The notes below the pieces were generated by a model. That model was given only the letters and a program-made list of their open reading frames with translations. It searched no databases and was not told the origin of the DNA. The translations under genes and the position numbers were made by a program. A DNA stretch of 64,000 bases, taken from Octopus vulgaris (taxonomy: Eukaryota). The stretch is from the NCBI GenBank assembly GCA_951406725.2, contig OX597830.1:39308001-39372000 (forward strand), given 5' to 3'. Positions 23,738-35,970 of this stretch are shown piece by piece (the stretch's first letter is position 1; every line of letters begins with the position of its first letter).

Positions 23738-24503
23738 TTCTTTCTTTCTCTCTCTCTCTCTCTCTCTCTCTGCTTCTTGTGACGTCTTCGGTTTTCGTTC
23801 ATTTCTTCACGACACGCATCTCTAAGAAATATCGTTCATAAAAATTTTCCCAAATAATCTAAGACTTTAAGTACTTCACGAAGAAACATTATGAGTCGAT
23901 GTCTGACCTTCTAAAATATCAATGCTATACTTCAATGGGTGGTCATCCTATTCACATCAGAAGGTCGTTCAATGGGTTTTCTGACGTATATACGTTCTCT
24001 AAGAAATACCAATGTAGATGTTATTGTTTCTTTGTTATAGTAGTATTGTTCTTTAACCTAATATCGGTCCAGTATTCTACCCGAGAACAACATTTTCAGA
24101 CAATTTGATTAATATAAGAATTAAATTTTAATTAATATTCAATGAATCTTTTGTTTTGAAGACAGTCGGGAAATATTTGAATATTTGAGGAAGATTTTGC
24201 TCTTATTTTTACAAGACTCAGCAAACACATAGAGCCACCTCATTGAAGCTTCATTACTTATTCAAGCTAAATAACTACAGTGACATGTGCTGGTAGAGAG
24301 TTTCGATTATACTCCCACCATATACCACCTGCTTTTTGTCCCTTGTCACTTATCACAATTTAACAAAAGTAAACGTTACTAATTATTTCCTATAACTACA
24401 TACGATCCTTTCTTCATATAGCGTTGGAGGATGGCAATAAATTATATAAATCTGTTCCATATACAATCACATGTGTGAGTCGGTATATATATATATATAT
24501 ATA

Positions 24504-25258
24504 TATTTCGGCTGATCTTGAAACGTGAGCGTTCTCAAATAATCTTTGTACATGTGATATTTTACGGTTTTCCCTCCATATCTTCGTGAGTTATTTTTGA
24601 GTAAACACTATCTGGGAGACTTTTTCTTAAAGTAGTGGAAATAGCTAAAAAACTTTTTGGCTGCTATTTCTAATAATTTCAGTATGTGGCAAAGTAATTT
24701 ATTTTACTAAGCCCTAATTATATAACGTAATATTTTGAATACGCCTTAAATGGTCCTTTTACATATTGAACATTACTTGGTGAAATTAATTAATGACTAA
24801 TTGATTTTACCCTTAATTATTGATAATATAATTCGTTTCTCCCTGCTCTTTTACTGCGGTTCTCACCGCATTAGTATGTTTACTCACGTGGGTGGAAGTG
24901 GGAAGAACATGAATCTTCACTTGTACTTTTTGAATTTGCTAGTACTGGCAGTTTGAAGATGCTTGTCTGAGGTGATTCATTATCGGACGGGTATGTTCAT
25001 TTTTTTTAGTGTTTTCAAATCCAAATTTAAGAAATGTTGAGCTGACGAAAGAAATGCTGAGTTTTATTTCGGCTGATCTTGAAACGTACTGTTTTCCCTC
25101 CATATCTTCGTGAGTTATTTTTGAGTAAACACTATCTGGGAGACTTTTTCTTAAGGTAGTGGAAATAGCTAAAAAACTTTTTGGCTGCTATTTCTAATAA
25201 TTTCAGTATGTGGCAAAGTAATTTATTTTACTAAGCCCTAATTATATAACGTAATATT

Positions 25259-25265
<7 letters not shown>
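24504..25265 (+). mobile_element. Retrozyme-like / non-autonomous PLE-like partial tandem (unit ~561 bp)
   Basis: Direct repeats 24504-24741 and 25065-25265, bounded by (TA)n on both sides; no ORF; HHR halves at 25037-25087 and 24504-24538. Confidence 0.7.
25037..25088 (+). ncRNA. Hammerhead motif (3' end deleted in this copy, intact in the upstream repeat)
   Basis: TTGAG-CTGACGA-AAGA..GCTGA..TCGGC..TCTT-GAAACGT; the upstream copy continues GAAA-CG-TGAG-CG-TT-CTCAA. Confidence 0.65.
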
Positions 25266-25309
<44 letters not shown>

Positions 25310-25312
<3 letters not shown>

Positions 25313-25410
25313 TTCCCTAAGCGTTTGCTAGTGCTTTGCATATACCACGTCTACGCGTTGTTGTTCTTTTTTTTTGTATTTCCTCGTTTTGGGGAGACGA
25401 GGATTAACTA
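25310..25410 (+). mobile_element. Solo PLE-type 3' tail between (TA)n runs
   Basis: CCACGTCTACGCGTTGTTG...GGATTAAC(TA)n, related to 34632-34724 and 62665-62853. Confidence 0.55.
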
Positions 25411-25436
25411 TATATATATATATGTGTGTGTGTGTG

Positions 25437-25508
<72 letters not shown>

Positions 25509-25552
25509 CGTATATATATATATGCATACATACATATATATATATATATATA

Positions 25553-27183
25553 CAGTTGCGGCTAAAATGTTCAGAACGGCATTGATTTCGTCAGAAAAGT
25601 AGGTATAAGTTTTTATCAAAGTTGTTTTATATTTTATAATTTTAACAGACAATAAATACAATATTAATTATTATTGTCTGAGATTTTGGTGCAATTTGAG
25701 AGGATAATACAAACGTTATGGATGATTTAGTGATTTACTGCTAAACCCATGGCGGCCAAAATGATCAGAACGGTTGAAAAAAATAACAAAATAATCAAAA
25801 ATAACAGAGAATACTGGAATTATTTAATATTTAGTGTGAAGCCCTTTAGCTTCAATCACACTTCGACATCTTCGACTGCATGAGGAAATTAAATTTTCAA
25901 TTTCTTGCTGGGTGATCTTATTCCATTCTTCCTGAAGGGCATTCCATAATTGCTCGGTTGTTTTAGGATTTCTGGCTTTCGAACGTTCTCCTAGAATATT
26001 CCACACATTTTTAATAGGATTAAGAGCTGGGCTTTGAACAAGCCAATCCATAGCAATAATCTTTTCAGCCTTGAGAAAGTTCATGACCACCTTAGCCTTG
26101 TGACATGGGGCATTGGCCTGCATGAATATGGGTGATCGCTTAGTTGAATTTCTCAGCACAGGCAAGACATGATCTTTTACAAGTTGTTTATAAACTCCTG
26201 CATTTACCTTTCCATGTAATCGCACCAAAGGGCCCACACCATCTCCAGATATCATCTACCAAACCATGACACTTCCTCCACCGAATTTAACGTTAGTCTT
26301 AAGGCATTTAGGCGACAATTTTTCACCTACTTTTTGACAAACGTACCTTTTCCCATCTGATCCCATCTAACATAAACTTAGATTCATCACAGAAATGCAC
26401 CGTTTGCCATTTTTCTTGAGACCACAACACATGTTCGGTTGCAAAGGTAAGACGACACTTTTTATTCTTGGAGCTGATCAGTGGTTTCACTGCAGGTGCT
26501 CTTGCTTGTAGGTCATGTTCAACTAAACAACGAGACACAGTTTTTCGAAATAAAGTTTTCTTCAGTACAATGCTAATTTCCCGAGAAACAACAGCAGCAG
26601 TTTTAAATCTGTCCTTTTTAACCAACTTTACCATAGCACGATCTTCTCTCTTGCTCGTTTTTCTTGGCCTACCTGTAGACTTTCTTGCTTCGCACGAACC
26701 ACAATCATCGTAGACCTTAAGAATACCGTGAACAACACTTTTTCACTTGTTAACAATCTTTGCAATAGACCCAATACTTAAAGTATCCTTCTTTCGGAGC
26801 TTAATAATCTGCTGACGAATTGGTAACGGAGTAAGTGGCATTATATTATCAAAGTACACTGCAGATACTCTTACTAATGTATAGTAAATGAACCGTCAGG
26901 TAAACAAATTCAACACATTAAAGTTCACCGGTTAAATATACTAAAACATGGAGTAAAAGCAACCGTTCTGATCATTTTGGTCGCCATGGATTTGGCAGTA
27001 AATCACTAAATCCTCCATAAATTTTGTATTATCCTCTAAAATTGCACCAAAATCTCAGACAATAACCATTAATATTGTATTTAGTGTCTGTTAAAATTAT
27101 AAAATATAAAACAACTTTGATAAAAACTTATATCTACTTTTCTGACGAAAACAATGCCATTCTGAACATTTTGGTCACAACTG
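25553..27183 (-). mobile_element. Full-length Tc1-family IR/DR transposon, defective
   Basis: ~224-bp TIRs (25553-25776; 26960-27183) starting CAGTTG, each with AAAATG(T/A)TCAGAA direct repeats at both ends; TA TSD. Confidence 0.93.
25824..26841 (-). pseudogene. Tc1 transposase pseudogene
   Basis: MPLTPLPIRQQII...K*..TGRPRKTS..FCDESKF..MQANAPCH..SPALNPIKNVW; second catalytic D and the E are mutated; stops and a frameshift. Confidence 0.9.
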
Positions 27184-27399
27184 TATATATGCATATATAT
27201 ATATTTATATATATAAATATATATGTATATATATATATATGTGTGTGTGTGTATACATATATATATACGTATATATACATATATATATATGTATATATAT
27301 ACATATATTTATACAATTATATATATATGTATATATGCATATATATACATATATATATGTATATATATACATATATATATATATACATATATATATATT

Positions 27400-27431
<32 letters not shown>

Positions 27432-27597
27432 TGTATGTATGTATGTATGTATGTATGTATGTATGTATGTATGTGAACGTGCTCTGCAGGCACACTACAT
27501 GGGACATTAGATAATACTGATTAAAGTTTCCTAGCTAAACTTTAATTTTAAGTACAACTTATATATATATATATATATATATAACGTTGTCCAGTCA

Positions 27598-27835
27598 TTA
27601 TCTATGTAGACTTTTAAAAGACTTTTGATTCCGCGTATAGAGGAATGGGGATGAAGATACTTAAAGATATTACGATGTTCCACCAAGTATTCGGAGACCA
27701 ATAAGTAAGCTGTATGAGAACAGGAGAGCGAAAGTGATCACTCCTAATGGAGAGATGAAACACTTTGAAATCAACGCCAGAGTATTACAAGGCGACACGC
27801 TTGCACCTTATTTCTTCTGGACTATGTAATGCGAA
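27598..27835 (+). mobile_element. RTE-like LINE RT fragment
   Basis: IIYVDF*KTFDS...LYENRRAKVITPNGE..FEINARVLQGDTLAPYF. Confidence 0.7.
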
Positions 27836-27950
27836 GGCAAAGAAGAACTGGAATTCAAATATATAAAGGATGTAAAAAATAATATAAAGTATTTATAAAA
27901 TTATAAAGAATATAAAATATATAAAAGTATAAAAAACTATAAAAAAATTC

Positions 27951-28979
27951 AGCAGAATTGTTGGGCATTCTGGGACTGGATTTAGCCAGCGAAAAATTGC
28001 CGAAAATATTCAAATTCCTCTTGCTACTGTTAACAGAATTGCAGTGCAATTCAAAAGCCAAGGAAAAGAATCAAAAGATTCTCGTCCCGGCCGACCTGAG
28101 CCCTCGGAAAGGAAGCTTCGCTGTTTGAAGAGAATTGTGGAAAACGGACCCCGTTCGAAGACTTCTGACATTGCAAAGCAGCTAAAAGTTAGTCCAAGAA
28201 CGTGTGTTACATATCGGCATAAGCTTGGATATTACGGACGAACAGCTAGAAGAAAACCTCTCCTTCAAACAATTAATATCATGAAAACAAAGAAATGGGC
28301 TAAGGGGATGTCAGAAAAATCTAGTTCATTTTGGGATAGAGTGATTTTCTCAGATGAATCCAGATTTGTATTATTTTCAGACAGTGCACGTGTTTCGGTC
28401 TGGAGGCTTCCTAATCAAGAATTTGATTTGAAACAACTCCAACCAACTGTGAAACATGGCGGTATTTCTGTAATGGTATGGGGAGCTGTCACCAGCAACA
28501 ATCGTTCTGAACTGATTGAATGTGTTGGAACCATAAACTCTGAAAAATACATCGAAATACTTAAGCAAGGACTATTTCCGATGTATTCACACGATAATAT
28601 AACGAAAAATGAGTTTTTATTCATGGAAGATGGGGCTCCATACCACACAGCGAAAAAGAATCAACAATGGCTGACCGAAAATGGGATCAAAAAGCTTCCT
28701 TGGCCGAGCCATTCTCCTAACATGAACCCAATTGAAAATCTTTGGAGCATACTAGATAGAGCTATACGAAAAACTCGACAGAAACCTAAATCTAAAGATG
28801 AATTGTCTCGATTGTTGCGTGAAAAATGGGCAGAAATTCCACAAGAGACAATCACAAAACTCATCAGTTCAATGCCTAAAAGAGTTTCTCAATTAAAAAC
28901 TCCAAATACTAAAGTATGTAGTCCTACCTATCGATTACATTTCAATTATTCGCTTTGCATATTAAATAAAAGATTTTGA
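27951..28979 (+). CDS. Tc1 DD34E transposase (open frame, 5' end/start lost)
   Basis: Frame is open upstream of 28044 (RIVGHSGTGFSQRKIAENIQIPLATVNRI HTH); GRP; VIFSDES; MEDGAPYH with 34 aa between D and the E of SPNMNPIENLW; no left TIR seen. Confidence 0.8.
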   Translation, partial: SRIVGHSGTGFSQRKIAENIQIPLATVNRIAVQFKSQGKESKDSRPGRPEPSERKLRCLKRIVENGPRSKTSDIAKQLKVSPRTCVTYRHKLGYYGRTARRKPLLQTINIMKTKKWAKGMSEKSSSFWDRVIFSDESRFVLFSDSARVSVWRLPNQEFDLKQLQPTVKHGGISVMVWGAVTSNNRSELIECVGTINSEKYIEILKQGLFPMYSHDNITKNEFLFMEDGAPYHTAKKNQQWLTENGIKKLPWPSHSPNMNPIENLWSILDRAIRKTRQKPKSKDELSRLLREKWAEIPQETITKLISSMPKRVSQLKTPNTKVCSPTYRLHFNYSLCILNKRF

Positions 28980-30355
28980 AAATTAAAGGTGTCTATTTAC
29001 TTCTTGCATGTCTGTGAATGTGTATTTCCATTTGGCAAGGTTGTGCACAGCTGTCGACTGAATATTGCTATTTTTGTCGTCACGAGGTTATGCTAGAAGA
29101 CGCTTGATAAATGTACTCTGCATTGAACGAAACTTGAATACACGTGTTTGAGTAAGAAACCACACAGCCATACTCAGTATATCTTTATATTGGTTTCTTA
29201 TAAAAAAATTTTTTAATTTCTATTTGGAAGTTTTGCAGGGTATTAAACCGAAAAATAAATTATAGGTTTCGTAATATATTCTGGAAGTAGAAAATGTGGC
29301 ACAGGTTTTCCAGGAATTGAATCTGCAGCCCAATCGCAAGTTGCTGTATTGTCGGTTATTAAAAACAATACAATATTTTTAAGATCTCTACAATTTTTGT
29401 CGATTAAATTAACCTTTTCTTGGTTTTCTTAAATTTTTTCCCCTATAATCTATATTTAATTTACATTGGAAACAATCTGTGGCCTACTTGAGCTGCTTAT
29501 TTTCGACTTTTTGAAATCAAATTTAATGTTACGTACACACACAGACGCATATATATATATATATATATATATGATGCTAAATACTGAAAAAATAAAATAT
29601 TTATCATTTAATAAATGTTAGAAAGTGAAAATAAAATATCGATTAGTTTATAAATTTCAAAATTGTGGAAGAAAAAAATTAATTTTCAATGATGTTGAAA
29701 TATCTCTATTAAATTCAACAGGAAATGATCGATTCTTAAGAGTAGATATGGAATTTTCTCTTTCAGAAAGAAATAACACTTTATGCAGAAAGTAATTAAA
29801 ATAACATGAAACCAGTTTCACTGATAAATTGATAAATCAGGAAGCCGGTTTTATTTATTTATTTATAATTATTTATTTGTTTATTTATTTATTTATTTAT
29901 TTATTACGCAAAACAAAAATGCAAATCTGGTTTGTTTTCAAGTGTCTTGTGTAATCTGGCCATGAAAATAAAGTGAATGTAGTTATAATGAAAATGAAAG
30001 GTAAATAACTAACGTTATACAACAACAAAAACCAGCAAAAGCTTTCATGTTAGATAAACGAACATGTGAGCACTAAATACTCAAGAACGTTTTGTGTGAT
30101 AAACCACTGCATTAGGGAAGATGCTATTCGGTTTTTCTTGTTGCTTTGATTCAGGTCAGCGACGAAAGACCAAAATTATTATCAAGGACGCTCCAGTCGT
30201 AAAAATCCAATCGAGTTTTGAATTTACTCAGGCGAATAAAATGATCTGTGATGTTTGTTCCAACTATGCATTGTGTGTTCAAACAACACCGACTTTCCGT
30301 TGGATTTTCATCTTATTGAGGCGAAGTCGAAAAATGCAAATACTAATCCACGGTC

Positions 30356-30532
30356 AGGCGGCGAGCTGGTAGAATCATCGTTAGCATGCCGGGCGAAATG
30401 CTTAGCAGTATTTCTTCCGCCCTTACGTTTGAGCTCAAATTCCGCTTCCATCGAGGTCGACTTTGCCTTTCATCTTTCCGGGGTCGAAAAAATAAATACC
30501 TGTTGAGCAATGGAGTTTATATAATCGACTTA
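30356..30532 (+). mobile_element. SINE family A
   Basis: GGCGGCGAGCTGGTAGAATCATCGTTAGC...GAGGTCGACTTTGCCTTTCATC. Confidence 0.8.
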
Positions 30533-33500
30533 ACTACTCTTGGGTATGTGTATAAAAAAATGCATCCAGCTGTTGATCCAGTGTTGCAGAGTAGGATAAT
30601 CAAATTAGTATGTACTCAAGCTCGGGCTCAAATTCATGACCTCCACATCAAACCGTGGTTGGGGAAGAAAACATTCTGAGGCCTTCGTCATGCAGTGGAC
30701 TGCATATGGGTAACCTAATCCAATCCACAGTGTTGGACTGGCGGAACTGTAAAAGCACTGGACAGGATGACTTGCAGTATTTATTCCGAATCTATGCGTT
30801 CTGAGTTCAAATAGCTGCAGGTGTGACACCTTACCCCGCCATCCAGGTTTCCTTCATGGAATTTACTTTATTTTAATGATTCGAGCAAGATCTCCAGTTT
30901 GAGAATAACTTCTTGTCCAACTCCCACTAGTATCTGAGATCCTGTAAATGGTTACGGGTACTGCAAGTGATGTGGTTACTATCTGTAAGTCTAAAAAATC
31001 AAACCTAGGAGCATTTCATTTTGGTGTGTATTAAGCTTGATTATCAAAACCGCTGTATCTCCTGGAACGATGCAACCACGATTCATTATCGAATCTTGAA
31101 ATAATTTAATTTCTTTTGAGAAAAACGCATCCCAACTTATCACGTAAACCGCTTTTATTTTAGTAGAGGACTGGAGTAAATATTTTGCATCTAGTTCAAT
31201 AAATCGCCATCGTAAGTTCAAATCTTGACAAAGTTAACTTTGCATTTCAGCTTTCCGGCGGTTGATTAGATTCGCATCAATTTTTTCTAGTGTAGATATT
31301 AAAATAGAGATCAATGCTTATCGACAGACTTATAATCAAACGTATTACAACACTGACCGTCTTCCCTTTTTAAGAATATATAAGGTGACATTAGACAATG
31401 TACTATTCCTCTGTTTAAAACAGTAAGGTGTTATTTGAGAGATATTTGGCTGTTATTTCTAACGGGTTGAGACTATGCGGTCCCTCTCGTTGGATTGTAA
31501 CTCATACTATACTAATAATGTACTGAGATGGACTAATGAGCATTGTAATGTGTACAGATTCTCTCAGAACCCAGTTTCCCGTAAGCGAAGTTCTTTAAGA
31601 AACACTTTTGATTCTCAGTTGGATCTATTTCACGTTACTCACATCTCTAACACTGATATCGTGAATGTCACACCCCCGGGCACAATGTATTTTTAAAAAT
31701 ATAACATTTTCAAACCAAAAGAGAAAGCTCTCTAAGTGGACGTTCGAAGAGTTTAAAATAGCAGCTAAATAATATTCAGTACATACCTAAACCTCATGAA
31801 ATATGGTTTTAGGTACATACGCTAAAATGAAGATGATATAGTTACAGACGAAATGTCTTTTGATCATAGTTCTTCTTGATCTGAGATGATTCGATGTTAT
31901 ACAATTAACAGTGCCATCAAATATATTTTTGAATGTCGGAAATGTTATTGTTTTAATCGGTTTGATATAATTGTCGTTTTCTTTTCAATGGTTTGGTCAG
32001 AGGAAGTGGTGAAGTACACGTTACACTTTTTCTTGATTTTGTAACTGATGTGAAGAGACTGGGAAGTTATTTTCAGACAATTGGTCGGGTACTCCGAATA
32101 CTTGCAAGTGGGGTTCTCACAAAAGGCCTGCAAAGACTAAGTGTTTGTACTTATTACACAACGGATTAAGTCAAACAGTCAACAAGGCGAGGTTCCTTCA
32201 ACTGTCTTCGGTAAAATTTCTATCTTTGGAATTTCATTCGTAACGCTTCGGATGAACAGGGGCTTTCTATAGAAGGTGATTTCTCAATGCGTTCCACACT
32301 GAGATTGAACTTGGAATTATGAAGTGGTGAAGTGAGCTTCCTTAACACAGACATGTCTATATCCGATTCTCAAAACAAAACGCCTTACTGAAATTATGCT
32401 GTATAAATAATAAGAATTATGCATCTTTTGAGGGGAATCGTAGATAAACAATCAACCGCTTCTCTAAGATGAATAATCAGGTGCAATGTGTCTAATAATA
32501 TTACAATGATACGTTAGAGCACTTGGAAGATTATATGGCATGTTCGTCAAGAATGAAACGCTTGTAGCCTGAGGTATTGATCAAAACTACGCTATCTCTA
32601 TTTCAACTGAAAAGAAAATATTTTCGTGCATCGATATCTGGTTTGTTCTGTTTTCACAGTTGCTACCATTCACTAATCGATAGTCAATTTATCCTTAAAT
32701 TCATTACAAGACCCACAGGTTTGTGAATGTTTTTCTAAATTGGTGAGAGATCGGTTTAATTGCAATGCATTTACTATAAGCTGTATACTGTAGCCGATTC
32801 CCTCTTCTAACTGAAATTATTATTCAATCTAATTCAATGTAATTATCGGATTGTTAGTCAATATACATTGCTACCGGAATTGAGAGTTTGTTATTTTTGT
32901 CAATAAAGCTGCTTCTGAAAGTTCCGAAATTGCTGAAATAACATAGCCAATACCTAACGTAATTCCTGTTTTCAATGTTTTCATCCTACTGGTCATATTA
33001 TTTTACTCTTAGAGCTTAAAATATATTGAATCCAGTAGAATTTCAGAATAAATCTTAAACTTTTAAACGAGATTAATTGTTTCAATTCAAATTTCATCTT
33101 TTTATGTTTTACAATTTTTGATAAAATCTAATAAATTATTTGCCTCATAAGAAACAAATATTGAATGTCTCTTGATAGTCACCATTTATTTTACCATCTT
33201 TTAAACTGACCATATTTTCCGTTCCATAAATCTTTAATTCACTTTTCTTAGATAAATAAATTAATCAAATAAAGTCTTATTTTGAAAGCTTAACATACTT
33301 TACACCTACTGCGTTCTACAGACAAACATCATACTTACCATCCAAAACGAAGACAATCTGTTAGGTTAAGACTCCTTCGCCAACACACTAAAATCTCTAA
33401 TAAATATATGCGTTACTTCTATGAACTAAGTTGTTACATACCACTTCCACTCAAGCCTAACCAGTACACCGGTCTCTCCTCTTTCATCATCATTATTGTG

Positions 33501-34269
33501 TCTAGTCGCTTAACCAAGGACCTACACAAAGCACCATTCCCTCTCCTACATACCCAGAATGTCAACTTCATTGAATTCCTTTACAGTCCGGGTTTTTTTT
33601 TTTCTACAGATGTCCAGCTGCAGATTTTCTATCTGAATATAAACCATATTGATTTCTCCAGGCTTGCTTAGGTCATACGTATTTCCGTTCTTCATCTTCA
33701 ATGAACCGTAAAAAAAAGATATGTCGCAAAGTATCTGTATTTAGATCGACTTCTCACCCGTTTCTCAGAGGATTAAGAATTACGAAAATACTAAGAAGAT
33801 TTGTCATTCTTCTCCTTCCAGTTAATTCTTCATAAACATCGCCCACATTCTCGCTAAATAAGAATAACATCAGCAGCCGTCTCACATTTTAAATTTAATG
33901 TTGATGTAAGAGATTGATAGGAACGATGATTGTACCATCAACAATGCTAGAAACTCTCTAATGACAAGTTATACATATTCATCTGAGAAAGAGAACATTG
34001 ACCACATCCGATTAAAAACTACGCCACCAAGTAACACAGGTTCACTCTTAAACACACAACAACTTCTAGCCCATGTGCGCGTTGTTTTCTCTCTCAACAA
34101 TAGCATCTTAAGCCTGAAGCCTCTGAACATTTAACGCAAGACAGTTACACCCACCATTTCCTGTTGTTTATTCCACTTTCATCACACATTGCAGTTAAGT
34201 GAAGAGGTTCACCTCGAAATGAGTAATCATGTCTTTTGATTGATTGATAAATAGATAGATAGAGGTGTA

Positions 34270-34338
<69 letters not shown>

Positions 34339-34341
<3 letters not shown>

Positions 34342-34608
34342 CGCAGGAGGGGCTTATAGGCGCAGGAGTGGCTGTGTGGTAAGAGGCTTGCTTCCCAATC
34401 ATATGATTCCCGGTTCAGTCACAATGCATTGCACTTTGACAATCGATGTTGGTGCGTTTACGTTTCTGTAACTTAGCGGTTCGGCAAAAAAATCGATTGA
34501 ATAAGCACTAGGCTAACAAAGAATGAATCCTGAGGTCGATTTCTTCGACTAAAGATGGTGTTCCATCACGGCCACAAATGACTGAAACAAGTACAAGAAT
34601 AAAAGAGT
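34339..34608 (+). mobile_element. SINE family C, internally deleted, duplicated head
   Basis: AGGCGCAGGAG occurs twice; tail TAACTTAGCGGTTCGGCAAAA...AATGACTGAAACAAGTA. Confidence 0.8.
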
Positions 34609-34631
34609 ATATATATATATATATATATATA

Positions 34632-34719
34632 TTCTTTTTTTTCCTGAGCGTCCAATAACACTATACTTGTTCCACGTCCCGCGTTGTTGTGTTTTCTCTT
34701 TGTGTTTTCATGTTTGGAT

Positions 34720-34724
<5 letters not shown>
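34632..34724 (+). mobile_element. Solo PLE-type 3' tail between (TA)n runs
   Basis: TTCCTGAGCGTCCAATAACACTATACTTGTTCCACGTC...GTTTGGATTAAC(TA)n; near-identical to ~62772-62853; TTTCCTGAGCG shared with the Neptune pLTR. Confidence 0.65.
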
Positions 34725-34782
<58 letters not shown>

Positions 34783-35043
34783 TACAAAGTACATATATAT
34801 ATATATATAAACCTTCTTTCATTATATATGAAAGAAGGTTTGAAAATGCAATTTTAAACGGTGTTAATTTACTTGACCGGTTTCACTTTTTTAGAAAAAG
34901 ATTGTCAAAAATAACATGTAAAGGCTTGGTTGTGTTAGGTACTGGTTGTCACAAAATATTACAATATGCATGTTATAGATTCTTAACATGTTCTTATGAA
35001 TAATTTATTCTATTTTTAAATCATATGTATGTATGTATGTATG

Positions 35044-35114
<71 letters not shown>

Positions 35115-35296
35115 TTGAAATCTTCTCGTAAATAAGGTTCTGGTTTCTAAATTGCTGGAATTTGGATAGCAAAAGTAAATTGAAATTTTGAGCCAGATTA
35201 CAAATTTCAACAATTCCCCTTACAGACTGTATTTGCAATGTACGTGTTTGATTTCTATTTCTGAAAAACTCCGGTTTTTACAGATTTATTCATAAA

Positions 35297-35970
35297 CTAA
35301 AGTGCACCATATATTACAGGTATGTATGTGAAACTATAATCTGGATATAGTTGCTGGTAGTTTCGAAGCAGTTGGCCGTAGTCATCCTCTTTAATTTCCG
35401 AAGAGATATTCATATCAGAAGGGCAACTCACCTCTTTGATGATATATTTTTTTATATTGTCTGTCCAAAACAATGATGTGAAACCTCTTATATCTGCAGA
35501 GTCTAGGACAATAACCCCAACCAAGGACAATTACACCGAGGACAACAGATGATGATTTGAAACTTCTCGATATATTGGAGAGGGCATAATTAACCAAGGG
35601 GGTAATTTCCTAGGGGGGGGGGAGTTGTCCTATGAGGGTAATTATCCTAGGGGATAATTGTCCTGATACGTACTTGGTAGACGACTTGATGGAATGTTCC
35701 ACCAATATAATTTATGTTGATGGTTATGTGTATACTCAAAAACAGGGTTTCTGTAATTATTCCAGAGCAGTCCCTTTCTTCGGATAGCATTGTATATTAT
35801 TTTTGCAACAGCGTCGTGTTGCATTGGGAGTTACTGCCTAGATGATATTCTTGGGCAGCAGATAATCTACATTTCCGTTGCATCTTAGGGCTTCAAGGGC
35901 TTCATTGACTCTTCTGTGTATTAGGTATTTCGCAGCAATCCCCTGTTTTTCGATTACAAATGCATCCACT
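35297..35970 (-). mobile_element. Second R4/Dong-like LINE 3' fragment
   Basis: QHDAVAKIIYNAI, YWWNIP, KEVSCP...YPDYSFTYIPVIYGAL; homologous to 11538-11800. Confidence 0.7.
35499..35669. mobile_element. Small fold-back MITE nested in the LINE fragment
   Basis: Repeated AGGACAAT(T/A)A units on the left, GGG(G)TAATT.TCCT units on the right. Confidence 0.6.

Noticed and set aside
30830-31260. Possible RTE LINE 3' relic on the minus strand
   Set aside because: Too decayed to support by eye.
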